From Sedimentisphaerales bacterium (lineage in GTDB: Bacteria; Planctomycetota; Phycisphaerae; Sedimentisphaerales; SM23-30), in assembly GCA_963663805.2 (NCBI GenBank), contig CAXXMR010000012.1, positions 64,001-128,000 on the forward strand: a stretch of 64,000 nt of DNA, read 5' to 3'. The notes under the pieces are model-generated. The model had not been told where the DNA came from. It saw only the letters and a program-made list of their open reading frames with translations, and did no database searches. The translations under genes were made by a program, and so were the position numbers. Shown here in pieces: positions 48,377 through 57,579 of this stretch. Position 1 is the first letter of the stretch, and each line of letters begins with the position of its first letter.

Positions 48377-50724
48377 CAGATAACCAGACCAGACAATTTG
48401 TTGATACGCTCATCAGCGAAAAGGGAAGCTCCTTAGAATCGCTGCTTGGTCTGCTTTACGGTATCCAGAACCGTTTCGGCTATCTGCCCCAGCCGGCACT
48501 TGAGTACCTCTGTGAAATTACTGAAATTACCCCCGCTAATGTTATCGGTGTCGCTACCTTTTACGACATTTTTCGTTTTAGCCCCGCGGGGAAGTATACC
48601 ATAAATGTCTGCGTGGGTACTGCCTGCCATGTCAAAGGCGCTCAATCGGTTTTCGAAGCCTTCAAACGCAGCCTTAAAATCTCACCCGATAATGATACCG
48701 ACACTGACAAACTTTTTACCGTCCGTAAAGTCGCCTGCCTCGGCTGCTGCACCCTCGCTCCGGCGGTGCAGATTGACCAGACCACTTACGGCCACGTATC
48801 ACCCGACACCGTAAGCGACGTTATCGAAAATTTCCTGCTCCACCACAGTCAAAAATCAACTGTCACAACCAGCGACAAAGGTGAGGTTCACCAATATCAG
48901 GGAGAAACGCGTATTGGACTAGGCTCCTGCTGCGTCGCCCGCGGCAGTGAAAAAATCCGCCAGGCACTTATCGCCGCTCTCGACCAGACCGGCATCAAAC
49001 TCCGCATCAAACATGTCGGCTGTGTCGGTATATGCTCCCAGACCCCCCTGCTCGAAATCGTCATGCCCGACCAGCAAACCTTTCTCTATGCTCGCGTCCA
49101 GCCCCACGAGGTCAAAGACATCATCCTCCGCCATTTCAAACCCACCAGCCGCATCCGCTCCGCCCTCAACAGAACCTCCCACTTCCTCGACCGCCTCCTC
49201 ACCGACAGCCTCGAACCAACCCTGCGAACCTACCCCCTCGACCAGCGTGACCCCATCCTCACCGACTTCCTCACCCCTCAACATCACATCACCACCGAAA
49301 ACTGCGGCACCGCCGACCCCACCGACCTTACCGAATACCAAAATACCGGTGGATTCAGCGCCCTGGGGCAATGCCTCCAAAACCTCAACCCCGACCAGAT
49401 TATCAACATGATTAAAACCGCCGGACTCAGAGGCCGCGGCGGAGCGGGCTATCCTGCCCACCTAAAATGGTCAGCCGTCAAAAACCATCACGCCGAAACA
49501 AAATATCTCATCTGTAACGGCGACGAGGGCGACCCCGGTGCATTCATGGACCGCATGTTAATGGAGTCATACCCCTTCCGCGTCATCGAAGGCATTATCA
49601 TCGCTGCCTTCACTCTCAATATCAGACAGGGCTATTTCTACATCCGGGCCGAATACCCCCTCGCCATCCGCCGCGTCACCCAGGCCCTCGAAATCTGCCG
49701 CCGGAACAACCTGCTCGGCCCCAATATCCTCCAGTCAGATTTCTCCTTCGACCTCAAAATCACCCCCGGTGCCGGCGCTTTCGTCTGCGGCGAAGAAACC
49801 GCCCTCATCGCTGGCATCGAAGGCCGTCGCGGTATGCCCCGCCTGCGACCCCCTTATCCCGCTCAAAAGGGTTTGTGGTCCCAACCGACTCTCATCAACA
49901 ATGTCGAAACCTTTGCCTCCGTACCTTACATCATCAATAAAGGCCCCGACCACTACGCTCAACTAGGGACAGCTCAGAGTAAAGGCACTAAAGTATTCGC
50001 CCTGGCCGGCAAAGTCGCCCACGGCGGACTTATCGAAGTGCCTATGGGCATCACCATCCGCCAGGTCGTCGAAAAAATCGGCGGCGGCATCGCCAACAAT
50101 CTAAAATTCAAAGCCGTCCAGGTCGGCGGCCCCAGCGGCGGCTGTATCCCCGCCCATCTTGCCAACACCCCCATCGACTACGAATCATTAAAACACGTTA
50201 ACGCTATCATGGGCAGCGGCGGCCTGGTCGTACTCGACGAAACCGACTGCATGGTTGACATCGCCCGCTACTTCCTCCAGTTTACCCAGGACCAGTCCTG
50301 TGGCCGATGCACACCTTGCCGTGTCGGCACCCGTCGTATGCTGGAAATCCTCGACCGACTCTGCACCGGCACCGCCCAACCTGACGACCTCGACCAGCTT
50401 CGCCAACTCGCCTCATACATCCAGTCCGCCAGCCTCTGCGCCCTCGGCAGTACCGCGCCCAACCCCGTAATCTCAACTCTCGAACATTTTCCCGAAGAAT
50501 ACCAAGCCCACCTCCAGGGGCGCTGCCCTACCAAAAAATGTAAAGCACTCATAACCTTCACCATCAACGATGAATGTATCGGCTGCACTCTCTGTGCCCA
50601 GCACTGCCCCACTGCCGCCATCGAGCCGGACCCTTACCAAAAACACCACATCGACCCCGATAAATGCGTAAAATGCGGTACCTGCAAAAACATCTGCCCC
50701 ACCCACGCCGTGGAGGTAGAATAA
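48373..50724 (+). CDS. NuoE-NuoF fusion (HydC+HydB/Bfu-like flavo-Fe-S NAD(H) module)
   Basis: CVGTACH and CLGCC (2Fe-2S); Trx-like Fe-S domain; GLRGRGGAGYP, NGDEGDPGAFMDR, CGEETAL, GGPSGG, CGRCTPCR; C-terminal 2x[4Fe-4S]. Confidence 0.9.
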   Translation: MTDNQTRQFVDTLISEKGSSLESLLGLLYGIQNRFGYLPQPALEYLCEITEITPANVIGVATFYDIFRFSPAGKYTINVCVGTACHVKGAQSVFEAFKRSLKISPDNDTDTDKLFTVRKVACLGCCTLAPAVQIDQTTYGHVSPDTVSDVIENFLLHHSQKSTVTTSDKGEVHQYQGETRIGLGSCCVARGSEKIRQALIAALDQTGIKLRIKHVGCVGICSQTPLLEIVMPDQQTFLYARVQPHEVKDIILRHFKPTSRIRSALNRTSHFLDRLLTDSLEPTLRTYPLDQRDPILTDFLTPQHHITTENCGTADPTDLTEYQNTGGFSALGQCLQNLNPDQIINMIKTAGLRGRGGAGYPAHLKWSAVKNHHAETKYLICNGDEGDPGAFMDRMLMESYPFRVIEGIIIAAFTLNIRQGYFYIRAEYPLAIRRVTQALEICRRNNLLGPNILQSDFSFDLKITPGAGAFVCGEETALIAGIEGRRGMPRLRPPYPAQKGLWSQPTLINNVETFASVPYIINKGPDHYAQLGTAQSKGTKVFALAGKVAHGGLIEVPMGITIRQVVEKIGGGIANNLKFKAVQVGGPSGGCIPAHLANTPIDYESLKHVNAIMGSGGLVVLDETDCMVDIARYFLQFTQDQSCGRCTPCRVGTRRMLEILDRLCTGTAQPDDLDQLRQLASYIQSASLCALGSTAPNPVISTLEHFPEEYQAHLQGRCPTKKCKALITFTINDECIGCTLCAQHCPTAAIEPDPYQKHHIDPDKCVKCGTCKNICPTHAVEVE

Positions 50725-50731
50725 GAATAAT

Positions 50732-52273
50732 ATGATTACCCTGACTATCGACAACCAGACCGTAACCGTCCCGGCCAACAGTACCATCCTCCAGGCCGCC
50801 CGCCAACTCAATATCGAAATTCCGACCCTCTGTCACCTGAACGATTGCGAACCGTCAACAAGCTGCATGGTCTGCGTCGTCGAAACCCAGACCGGCCAAC
50901 TGCTCCCCGCCTGCGCCGCCCCCGTTCAACCGGACCAGATAATCTCCACCAATAGCCCCCGCGTCATTGACGCCCGCCGCAACGCCCTGGAACTCATCCT
51001 CAGCGAACATCTCGGCGACTGCCACGCACCCTGCCAACTAACCTGTCCCGCCCAGATGAACATCCCTCTGATGATTCGCCAAATCCAACAAGATAAAAAT
51101 GAGACGGCCATTGAAACCGTAAAGACCCACATCGCCCTGCCCGCGACCCTCGGCCGAATCTGCCCCGCACCCTGCGAAAAAGCCTGCCGACGCCGTCAGC
51201 AGGACCAGCCCCTTTCCATCTGCCTGCTCAAAAAATTCGTCGCCGACCTCGACCTCGCTGCCGAACAACCTTATCAACCCCCCTGCGCCCAACCCCTTAA
51301 TAAATCCGTGGCGGTAATCGGAGCTGGACCCGCTGGACTCGCCGCCGCTTATTATCTCAAACAAGCCGGATTAACTGTCACCATTTTCGACGCCAACCCC
51401 TTACCCGGCGGTACCCTGCGTTATTCAATCCCCTCCAACCAGCTCGAACCACAAATACTCGATCGCGAAATTTCAACCATCCTTAACCTCGGCATCGAGT
51501 TCCGCCCCCAAACCACCATCGGAACCGACATAACCCTCGACACCCTCGCCCAAAATTACAATGCCGTTTTCATCGCCGCGGGTTTTTCCGCTAAAGACTA
51601 TCTTCTGGCTGACCTGAAACTCACCTCCGGAACTTTCCAGACTTCCACCCTCAACATCTTCGCCGGCGGCGACATCATCCGCCCCCACTCCCGCCGTCTG
51701 GCCATCCGCTCCCTCGCCGACGGCCGACAGGTCGCCCCCATCATCACCGCCTACCTCCAAAACCAACCCATCCAACCTATCGCCCAACCTTTCAACTCCC
51801 GCATCGGCCGCCTCGAACCCCACGAACTCCAAACCATCCTCCAGCTCGCCCAGCCCAACCCCAGAATCGAACCCGCCGACTCAACCTTCACCCAATCCCA
51901 GGCTCAGACCGAATCTCAGCGCTGCCTTCACTGCGACTGCCGCAAACTCGAAACCTGCCAATTAAAATCTCTAAGCCAGAAATACCATGCCTCACCCCGC
52001 CGCTACCAATCCCCCCGCCGCGAATACCGCCACGACCTCAGCCACCCCAAAATAATTTTCGAACCTGGAAAATGTATCAATTGCGGCATCTGCCTCCAAA
52101 TCACCCGCCAAAACCACGAACAGCTCGGCCTGGCCTTCACCAACCGCGGCTACGACGTCCGCCTAGCCGTCCCCTTCGACCGCCCAGTCAGTCAGGCCCT
52201 CCAAAACTCCGCCCGCCAATGCGTTCAACATTGCCCTACCGCCGCCCTGGCCCTGAAAACACCCGGTAATTGA
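50732..52273 (+). CDS. [2Fe-2S]/GltD-like FAD/[4Fe-4S] subunit (NuoG/NfnA-like) lacking an H-cluster or Mo domain
   Basis: PTLCH..CMVC; APCQLTCP, GRICPAPCEKAC; GAGPAG; FAGGD; RCLHCDC; CINCGIC...CVQHCP. Confidence 0.85.
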   Translation: MITLTIDNQTVTVPANSTILQAARQLNIEIPTLCHLNDCEPSTSCMVCVVETQTGQLLPACAAPVQPDQIISTNSPRVIDARRNALELILSEHLGDCHAPCQLTCPAQMNIPLMIRQIQQDKNETAIETVKTHIALPATLGRICPAPCEKACRRRQQDQPLSICLLKKFVADLDLAAEQPYQPPCAQPLNKSVAVIGAGPAGLAAAYYLKQAGLTVTIFDANPLPGGTLRYSIPSNQLEPQILDREISTILNLGIEFRPQTTIGTDITLDTLAQNYNAVFIAAGFSAKDYLLADLKLTSGTFQTSTLNIFAGGDIIRPHSRRLAIRSLADGRQVAPIITAYLQNQPIQPIAQPFNSRIGRLEPHELQTILQLAQPNPRIEPADSTFTQSQAQTESQRCLHCDCRKLETCQLKSLSQKYHASPRRYQSPRREYRHDLSHPKIIFEPGKCINCGICLQITRQNHEQLGLAFTNRGYDVRLAVPFDRPVSQALQNSARQCVQHCPTAALALKTPGN

Positions 52274-52359
52274 CTTTCAACCATTTCAACCATATCATGA
52301 AAGACAGGCAAAAGAATACTCCACATAATAAACGTTGATTCCCTCGGAGAACAATTAAG

Positions 52360-53613
52360 ATGAAATCACTCACCAAAACCATCACCCTGCTGACTCTAAT
52401 CCTCGCTTCAATTACCACCCTAACCGTCGCCGAAGATTGGCCCCAATGGCGCGGTCCCAACCGCGACGGCACATCATCAGAAACAAATCTGCTCAAAAAA
52501 TGGCCCGACGATGGCCCTAAACTCCTCTGGCACTTCGATGAACTCGGCGACGGCTACGCCTCACCCAGCACCTACAAAGGTAAAATCTACGTCCCCGGCA
52601 CCATCAACAAGCAGGGCTATCTCCACGCCTTCGATACCACCGGAAAACACCTCTGGAAACAACCCTACGGCTCGGAATGGACCAAATCATTCCCCGGCTC
52701 ACGCAGCACCCCCGCCCTCGACAACGACAAAGCCTACCTAATCTCCGGCCTCGGTGTCGCATACTGTCTCAATGCCGATAACGGCTCAATAATATGGTCG
52801 CAGGACATCTGCCAAAAATTCAAAGGCAAATCCGGTCGCTGGGGCTACGGCGTCGCTCCCCTGCTCTGCGACGACAAAGTAATCTTCTCGCCCGGCGGCC
52901 CCCAAACTGAAATTGTCGCCCTTGACAAAGACACCGGCGAGCTCATCTGGAAAACCCAAAGCACCAGCGAATCCGACGCCTACTGCCCACCCCTGGCTTT
53001 CACCCACGCCGACAAAAAATTCATCGTAACCCTGATGGAAAATTCCGTCTGGTTCATAAATGCCCAAGACGGCAAGCTAATCTATCGCGACCTGTTCTCC
53101 GAATATCAAGACCAACCTAAAGACATCAATCCTGTAATGCCCATCTATCACGACGGATGTGTTTTCACTACCAGCGGCTACGATTCCGGCAGTGCCATGT
53201 ACCAGCTTTCACCCGACGCCAAAACCATCACCCGAAAATGGACCCAGGACGCACTCGACACCCACCACGGTGGAGTCGTCCTGCTCGACGGTTATATCTA
53301 CGGTTCCAACTGGAAAGGCAATCGCGACGGCGACTGGCTCTGCCTCGACTGGAAAACCGGCAAAATAATGTACCAAACCCACTGGCAAAACAAAGGCTCA
53401 ATCATCGCCGCGGACAACATGCTTTATTGCTATGAGGAAAAAGACGGCAACCTCGCCCTAGTCCACGCCACCCCCGAAAAATTCGACCTCATCAGCTCAT
53501 TCCCAATAACCCGCGGCGGAGAACAGCACTGGGCCCACCCCGTCATCAGCAACAAAGTACTCTATATCCGCCACGGCAACGCCCTCATGGCCTACGACAT
53601 CGCCGCTCAATAA
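52360..53613 (+). CDS. Exported PQQ-like beta-propeller protein
   Basis: Signal peptide; DWPQWRGPNRDG, GPKLLW, WAHPVISNKVLYIR. Confidence 0.88.
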   Translation: MKSLTKTITLLTLILASITTLTVAEDWPQWRGPNRDGTSSETNLLKKWPDDGPKLLWHFDELGDGYASPSTYKGKIYVPGTINKQGYLHAFDTTGKHLWKQPYGSEWTKSFPGSRSTPALDNDKAYLISGLGVAYCLNADNGSIIWSQDICQKFKGKSGRWGYGVAPLLCDDKVIFSPGGPQTEIVALDKDTGELIWKTQSTSESDAYCPPLAFTHADKKFIVTLMENSVWFINAQDGKLIYRDLFSEYQDQPKDINPVMPIYHDGCVFTTSGYDSGSAMYQLSPDAKTITRKWTQDALDTHHGGVVLLDGYIYGSNWKGNRDGDWLCLDWKTGKIMYQTHWQNKGSIIAADNMLYCYEEKDGNLALVHATPEKFDLISSFPITRGGEQHWAHPVISNKVLYIRHGNALMAYDIAAQ

Positions 53614-53619
53614 AATATA

Positions 53620-54396
53620 ATGAAATATTCAACCCAAATAATCTACTGTCACTGTGCCTACTACGACATCATACCCGTCGAACAAAAACAGCAGGCCCTC
53701 GACTTCCTGACCAAAAACAAACTCGCCGCCCAAACAATTCTCGACCTCTGCCAAATAACCGCCCAACATCCCGAACAGCTCAACCATCTGAAAACCTCAG
53801 ACCAAATTATAATCTTCGCCTGCCACCCTCGTGCCGTCCGCGCCCTGCTCAATTTCGCAGGCCTCGACCTGGCCCACAAAACAGTCAAAATTATCAACTT
53901 ACGCCAACCGCTCGCCCCTCAACTAAACAACCTCGACCCAAACACCTTACCCAAAACAAATCAACCACCCATCGACCCCAACTCCCAAACCCGCTCCACC
54001 TGGACTCCCTGGTTCCCAACCATCGACCGCGAACGCTGTACCAACTGCAAGCAATGCCTCAACTTCTGCCTCTTTGGTGTTTACTCTCTCGACAAAAACC
54101 AAAATGTAACCGTCACCAAGCCCGCCGCCTGCAAAACCAACTGTCCCGCCTGCGCTCGCGTCTGCCCAACCGCCGCCATCATCTTCCCCAAACACCCCGA
54201 CTCCCCCATCAACGGAGCCGAACCACAAAATAACCCGCATACAAATCCTGTCGACCCCACCGACATCCTCCAGAAAATCCGCAACCGCGACACCAATCTA
54301 AAAGATTCACTCGGCATCCCCGACGACGTAATCAACAGCCTCACTCCTCACGACCTCGCCCGCCTTAACAAAAAGCACAAGGACAACCATGACTGA
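53620..54396 (+). CDS. Ferredoxin-family protein with an HdrA-N-like Cys domain
   Basis: YCHC...DLC...ACHPR...INLR; WFPTIDRERCTNCKQCLNFC; CKTNCPACARVCP. Confidence 0.75.
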   Translation: MKYSTQIIYCHCAYYDIIPVEQKQQALDFLTKNKLAAQTILDLCQITAQHPEQLNHLKTSDQIIIFACHPRAVRALLNFAGLDLAHKTVKIINLRQPLAPQLNNLDPNTLPKTNQPPIDPNSQTRSTWTPWFPTIDRERCTNCKQCLNFCLFGVYSLDKNQNVTVTKPAACKTNCPACARVCPTAAIIFPKHPDSPINGAEPQNNPHTNPVDPTDILQKIRNRDTNLKDSLGIPDDVINSLTPHDLARLNKKHKDNHD

Positions 54397-55921
54397 CCCA
54401 AAACCCAATGTCATACTCGTTGCCGACCGCACCCTCTCCGGCGAATACAAAATCCTCTTCGAAGGCATTTTCGCCACCATGCAAAGCACGCATGTCCCCG
54501 AATTATTCATGCGTTACTTCGTCTCCCCCAAAGTAAAAACAGATTCAAACCATCGGGCCCAAAAAGCCCCTCTGGGACTCCGCCGCGTAGAATCCGCTCT
54601 CATCAACCTTACCGGCCTCACTCCCGAAAATGTAATCTGCACCACCCCCGAAGACCTGCCCAAACTTCTCGGCCCCCACATCGACATCGTCGCCTTCAGC
54701 TCCAGCGACCCACTCGGCATGGGCATGAGCAACACCACCACCAAAAACTTCTGGCCCGGCCAACTCTACACCAAACACTGGACCAGCCAAACCCTCAAAA
54801 TCCTCCACGACGCCAAACAAAAATATCATTTCAAAGTAATCGCCGGCGGCGCCGGTGCCTGGCAGTTCAAACAATACCCCGACCCCCTGGCCCATTCCAC
54901 CCTCGACCTCATCTTCGACGGCTACTTCGAAAACGCCGGTTCCCAACTCGTCACCGACATCATCAACCAAAAAACCGTCCCCAATTATTACCGAGAACCC
55001 GATTCCTGCGTCTCCCGCGTCCAGCCCATAACCGCCCCCACCGTTCTCGGCATCGTTGAAATCTCCCGCGGCTGCGGCAAAGGCTGTAAATTCTGCACCA
55101 TGGCCCACCAGAAAATGCAGCACCTCGAACCAGAACTCATCTGCCATGACATCGAAACCAATACCGCCGCTGACCAAAACACCATCGTCCTTGCCAGCGA
55201 AGACTTCTTCCGCTACGGTTCCCCCACCGGCCAACCCGACCCCAAACCCATCTTCGCCCTGCTCAAAAAAATCCAGAAAATCAAAAACCTCCGCTTCCTC
55301 CAGCTAGACCACGCCAACATCGCCACCGTCGCCCAGCTCAAACTCGACGACCTCAAACAAATCCGCCGACTGCTCACCTTCCAGCACAACCCCCGCTACC
55401 TCTGGGTCAACATGGGTATCGAAAGTGCCAACGGCCAACTCGTCGCCCTAAACTGCCCCGGCAAAACCACGCCCTATCCTCCCGACCAATGGGACAACAT
55501 TGTCCGCCAGACCGCCGAAAAAATGAACCACGCCGGGTTCTTCCCCGTCTTCAGCATCATCCTCGGCCTGCCCGGCGAAACCCCGAACGACCTCGAAAAA
55601 ACTTCTCGACTCATCGACCACCTCGACCGCACCGCCGCCGTAATCTTCCCCATCTTTTACGAACCCATCGACCCCCAACAAATCGCCGCCGGACAAAATT
55701 TCACCATCACCAAAATGACCCAACAGCACCTGGCCTTATATCAGAAATGCTATGAAATAAACTTCCGACGCGTACCCAAACTTTTCTGGGACAACCAAAC
55801 CGCCGCTGGCGAAAAATTCCTCAAAAAACTTTTCGTCCAGGCACTCGGCAAAATCGAAGTTGCCACCTGGCGCAGCAGCTTCCGCAAACTAAGAAAAAAT
55901 CTACCGGGCCAAACTAGATGA
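54389..55921 (+). CDS. Radical SAM enzyme with B12-binding-like N-domain, resembling GDGT ring synthase (GrsA/B)
   Basis: EISRGCGKGCKFC; VILVADR, APLGLRRVES, DPLG, KVIAGGAGAW, GIES, ILGLPGET. Confidence 0.8.
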   Translation: MTDPKPNVILVADRTLSGEYKILFEGIFATMQSTHVPELFMRYFVSPKVKTDSNHRAQKAPLGLRRVESALINLTGLTPENVICTTPEDLPKLLGPHIDIVAFSSSDPLGMGMSNTTTKNFWPGQLYTKHWTSQTLKILHDAKQKYHFKVIAGGAGAWQFKQYPDPLAHSTLDLIFDGYFENAGSQLVTDIINQKTVPNYYREPDSCVSRVQPITAPTVLGIVEISRGCGKGCKFCTMAHQKMQHLEPELICHDIETNTAADQNTIVLASEDFFRYGSPTGQPDPKPIFALLKKIQKIKNLRFLQLDHANIATVAQLKLDDLKQIRRLLTFQHNPRYLWVNMGIESANGQLVALNCPGKTTPYPPDQWDNIVRQTAEKMNHAGFFPVFSIILGLPGETPNDLEKTSRLIDHLDRTAAVIFPIFYEPIDPQQIAAGQNFTITKMTQQHLALYQKCYEINFRRVPKLFWDNQTAAGEKFLKKLFVQALGKIEVATWRSSFRKLRKNLPGQTR

Positions 55922-57579
55922 ACCTCCCCAACAACACTTACCAAACATCCCCAGCCATCCCCTCAACACCCGAACTGCGTAACAACTTCCGAGAACTCGC
56001 CGCCCAATACACCCAGATAAACCAGCTCACCGGTCCTGTCACCCTTGACCAGCTCAAACACCACTGCCAAACCATCATCAGTCAGCACCATCTCCCGGCC
56101 CAATATCAGGACTTCCTCGCCATCTGCCTCAACAACCAAATCTGGCACGATGCCGTTGCCGCCGTCCCCTATAACCAGCGACTGCTCCTGCTGCCCAAAT
56201 GCCTCCGCCACTCCACCCGCTGCCCCGCCGATTTCGACCAGTACGGCCTCAAATGCCAAAACTGCGGACTCTGCCCCCTCGGCCCTCTCACCGACCAAGC
56301 CCGCCAACTCGGCTACACAATCCTCATCGCCGAAGGCTCACCCATTGTCATGTCCCTCATTACCTCCGGCCAAATCCACGCCCTCATCGGCGTAAGTTGC
56401 CTCGCCGTACTCGAACAAACCTTCCCATTCATCGAAGCTGCCGCCCTGCCCGCGCTCGCCCTGCCCCTCCTCTACGACGGCTGCACCGACACCACCCTCG
56501 ACCTGCCCTGGCTCGAAGAAGTTCTCACTAACTATCAAAACACCAAACAACCAACCCTAACACTAAACGACCTGAAGAACACCCTCAAACAACTCTTCAC
56601 CAAAGAAACACTCCAACCACTTTTTCCCGACCCCCAATCAGCTACCACCCAAATCGCCCTGGATTCACTCACCCACGAAGGCAAACGCTGGCGACCACTG
56701 CTCACCGCCGCCATTTACAACGCCCTGGCCCCCAACCCCCAAAAATTATTACCACCCGCACTCCGCGACATAGCCCTCGCCGTCGAATGTTTCCACAAAG
56801 CATCACTCATCCACGACGACATCGAAGACAACGACGACTACCGCTACAATCAGCCCACCCTACACAAAAACCACGGCACCGACATCGCCCTCAACATCGG
56901 CGACTATCTCATCGGCCAGGGCTACCATCTCATCGCCCAGGCCGACCTTTCCGACCATCAAAAAATAAAAATGCTCCAGGCTGCCGCTCACGCCCACACC
57001 CAACTAACCCTCGGACAGGGCCGAGAACTCTCCTGGCTCAAAAACCCATCACCACTGACCGTCCCAGAAATAATCGAAATCTTCGCCCAAAAAACCGCAC
57101 CCGCCTTCGAAGTCGCCCTCAAGCTCGGACTCTACCTCAACCCCGACCATCCACCTTTCGACAAACTCATCGAAAATTTCAGCCGTCAACTCGGTATCGC
57201 CTATCAAATCTGCGACGACCTCGCTGATTTCGACACCGCCGCTAATACCCGCCAACCACTCAAACTAAAACCATCGTTAATCTACGCCCTGGCCTGCCAA
57301 AACGCCTCACCAACCCAAAAGAAACTCCTCGAATCTGCCTGGCCCCAAACCAAACTCGACCCCGCCGACACAAACAAACTCCTCGAAACCTTCAACCAAC
57401 TCAACGTAAAAAAACAAGCCCTAACCCTGCTAAACTCACACAAACAAGACGCACTCAAAATCATTGCACCACTCAATCACCCTCAACTAAAACCACTCTT
57501 ACGTATAATCATAACTCGAATCTTCCACGAAATGGAATACCTGAGCTGCTGCCATGACTTTACGAACCGACATGATTAA
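55918..57579 (+). CDS. DUF116 domain fused to trans-polyprenyl diphosphate synthase
   Basis: LLPKCLR..CPA, CQNCGLC, GVSC, DGC; GKRWRP, FARM SLIHDDIED..R, GQGREL, KTA, SARM QICDDLAD. Confidence 0.88.
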   Translation: MNLPNNTYQTSPAIPSTPELRNNFRELAAQYTQINQLTGPVTLDQLKHHCQTIISQHHLPAQYQDFLAICLNNQIWHDAVAAVPYNQRLLLLPKCLRHSTRCPADFDQYGLKCQNCGLCPLGPLTDQARQLGYTILIAEGSPIVMSLITSGQIHALIGVSCLAVLEQTFPFIEAAALPALALPLLYDGCTDTTLDLPWLEEVLTNYQNTKQPTLTLNDLKNTLKQLFTKETLQPLFPDPQSATTQIALDSLTHEGKRWRPLLTAAIYNALAPNPQKLLPPALRDIALAVECFHKASLIHDDIEDNDDYRYNQPTLHKNHGTDIALNIGDYLIGQGYHLIAQADLSDHQKIKMLQAAAHAHTQLTLGQGRELSWLKNPSPLTVPEIIEIFAQKTAPAFEVALKLGLYLNPDHPPFDKLIENFSRQLGIAYQICDDLADFDTAANTRQPLKLKPSLIYALACQNASPTQKKLLESAWPQTKLDPADTNKLLETFNQLNVKKQALTLLNSHKQDALKIIAPLNHPQLKPLLRIIITRIFHEMEYLSCCHDFTNRHD

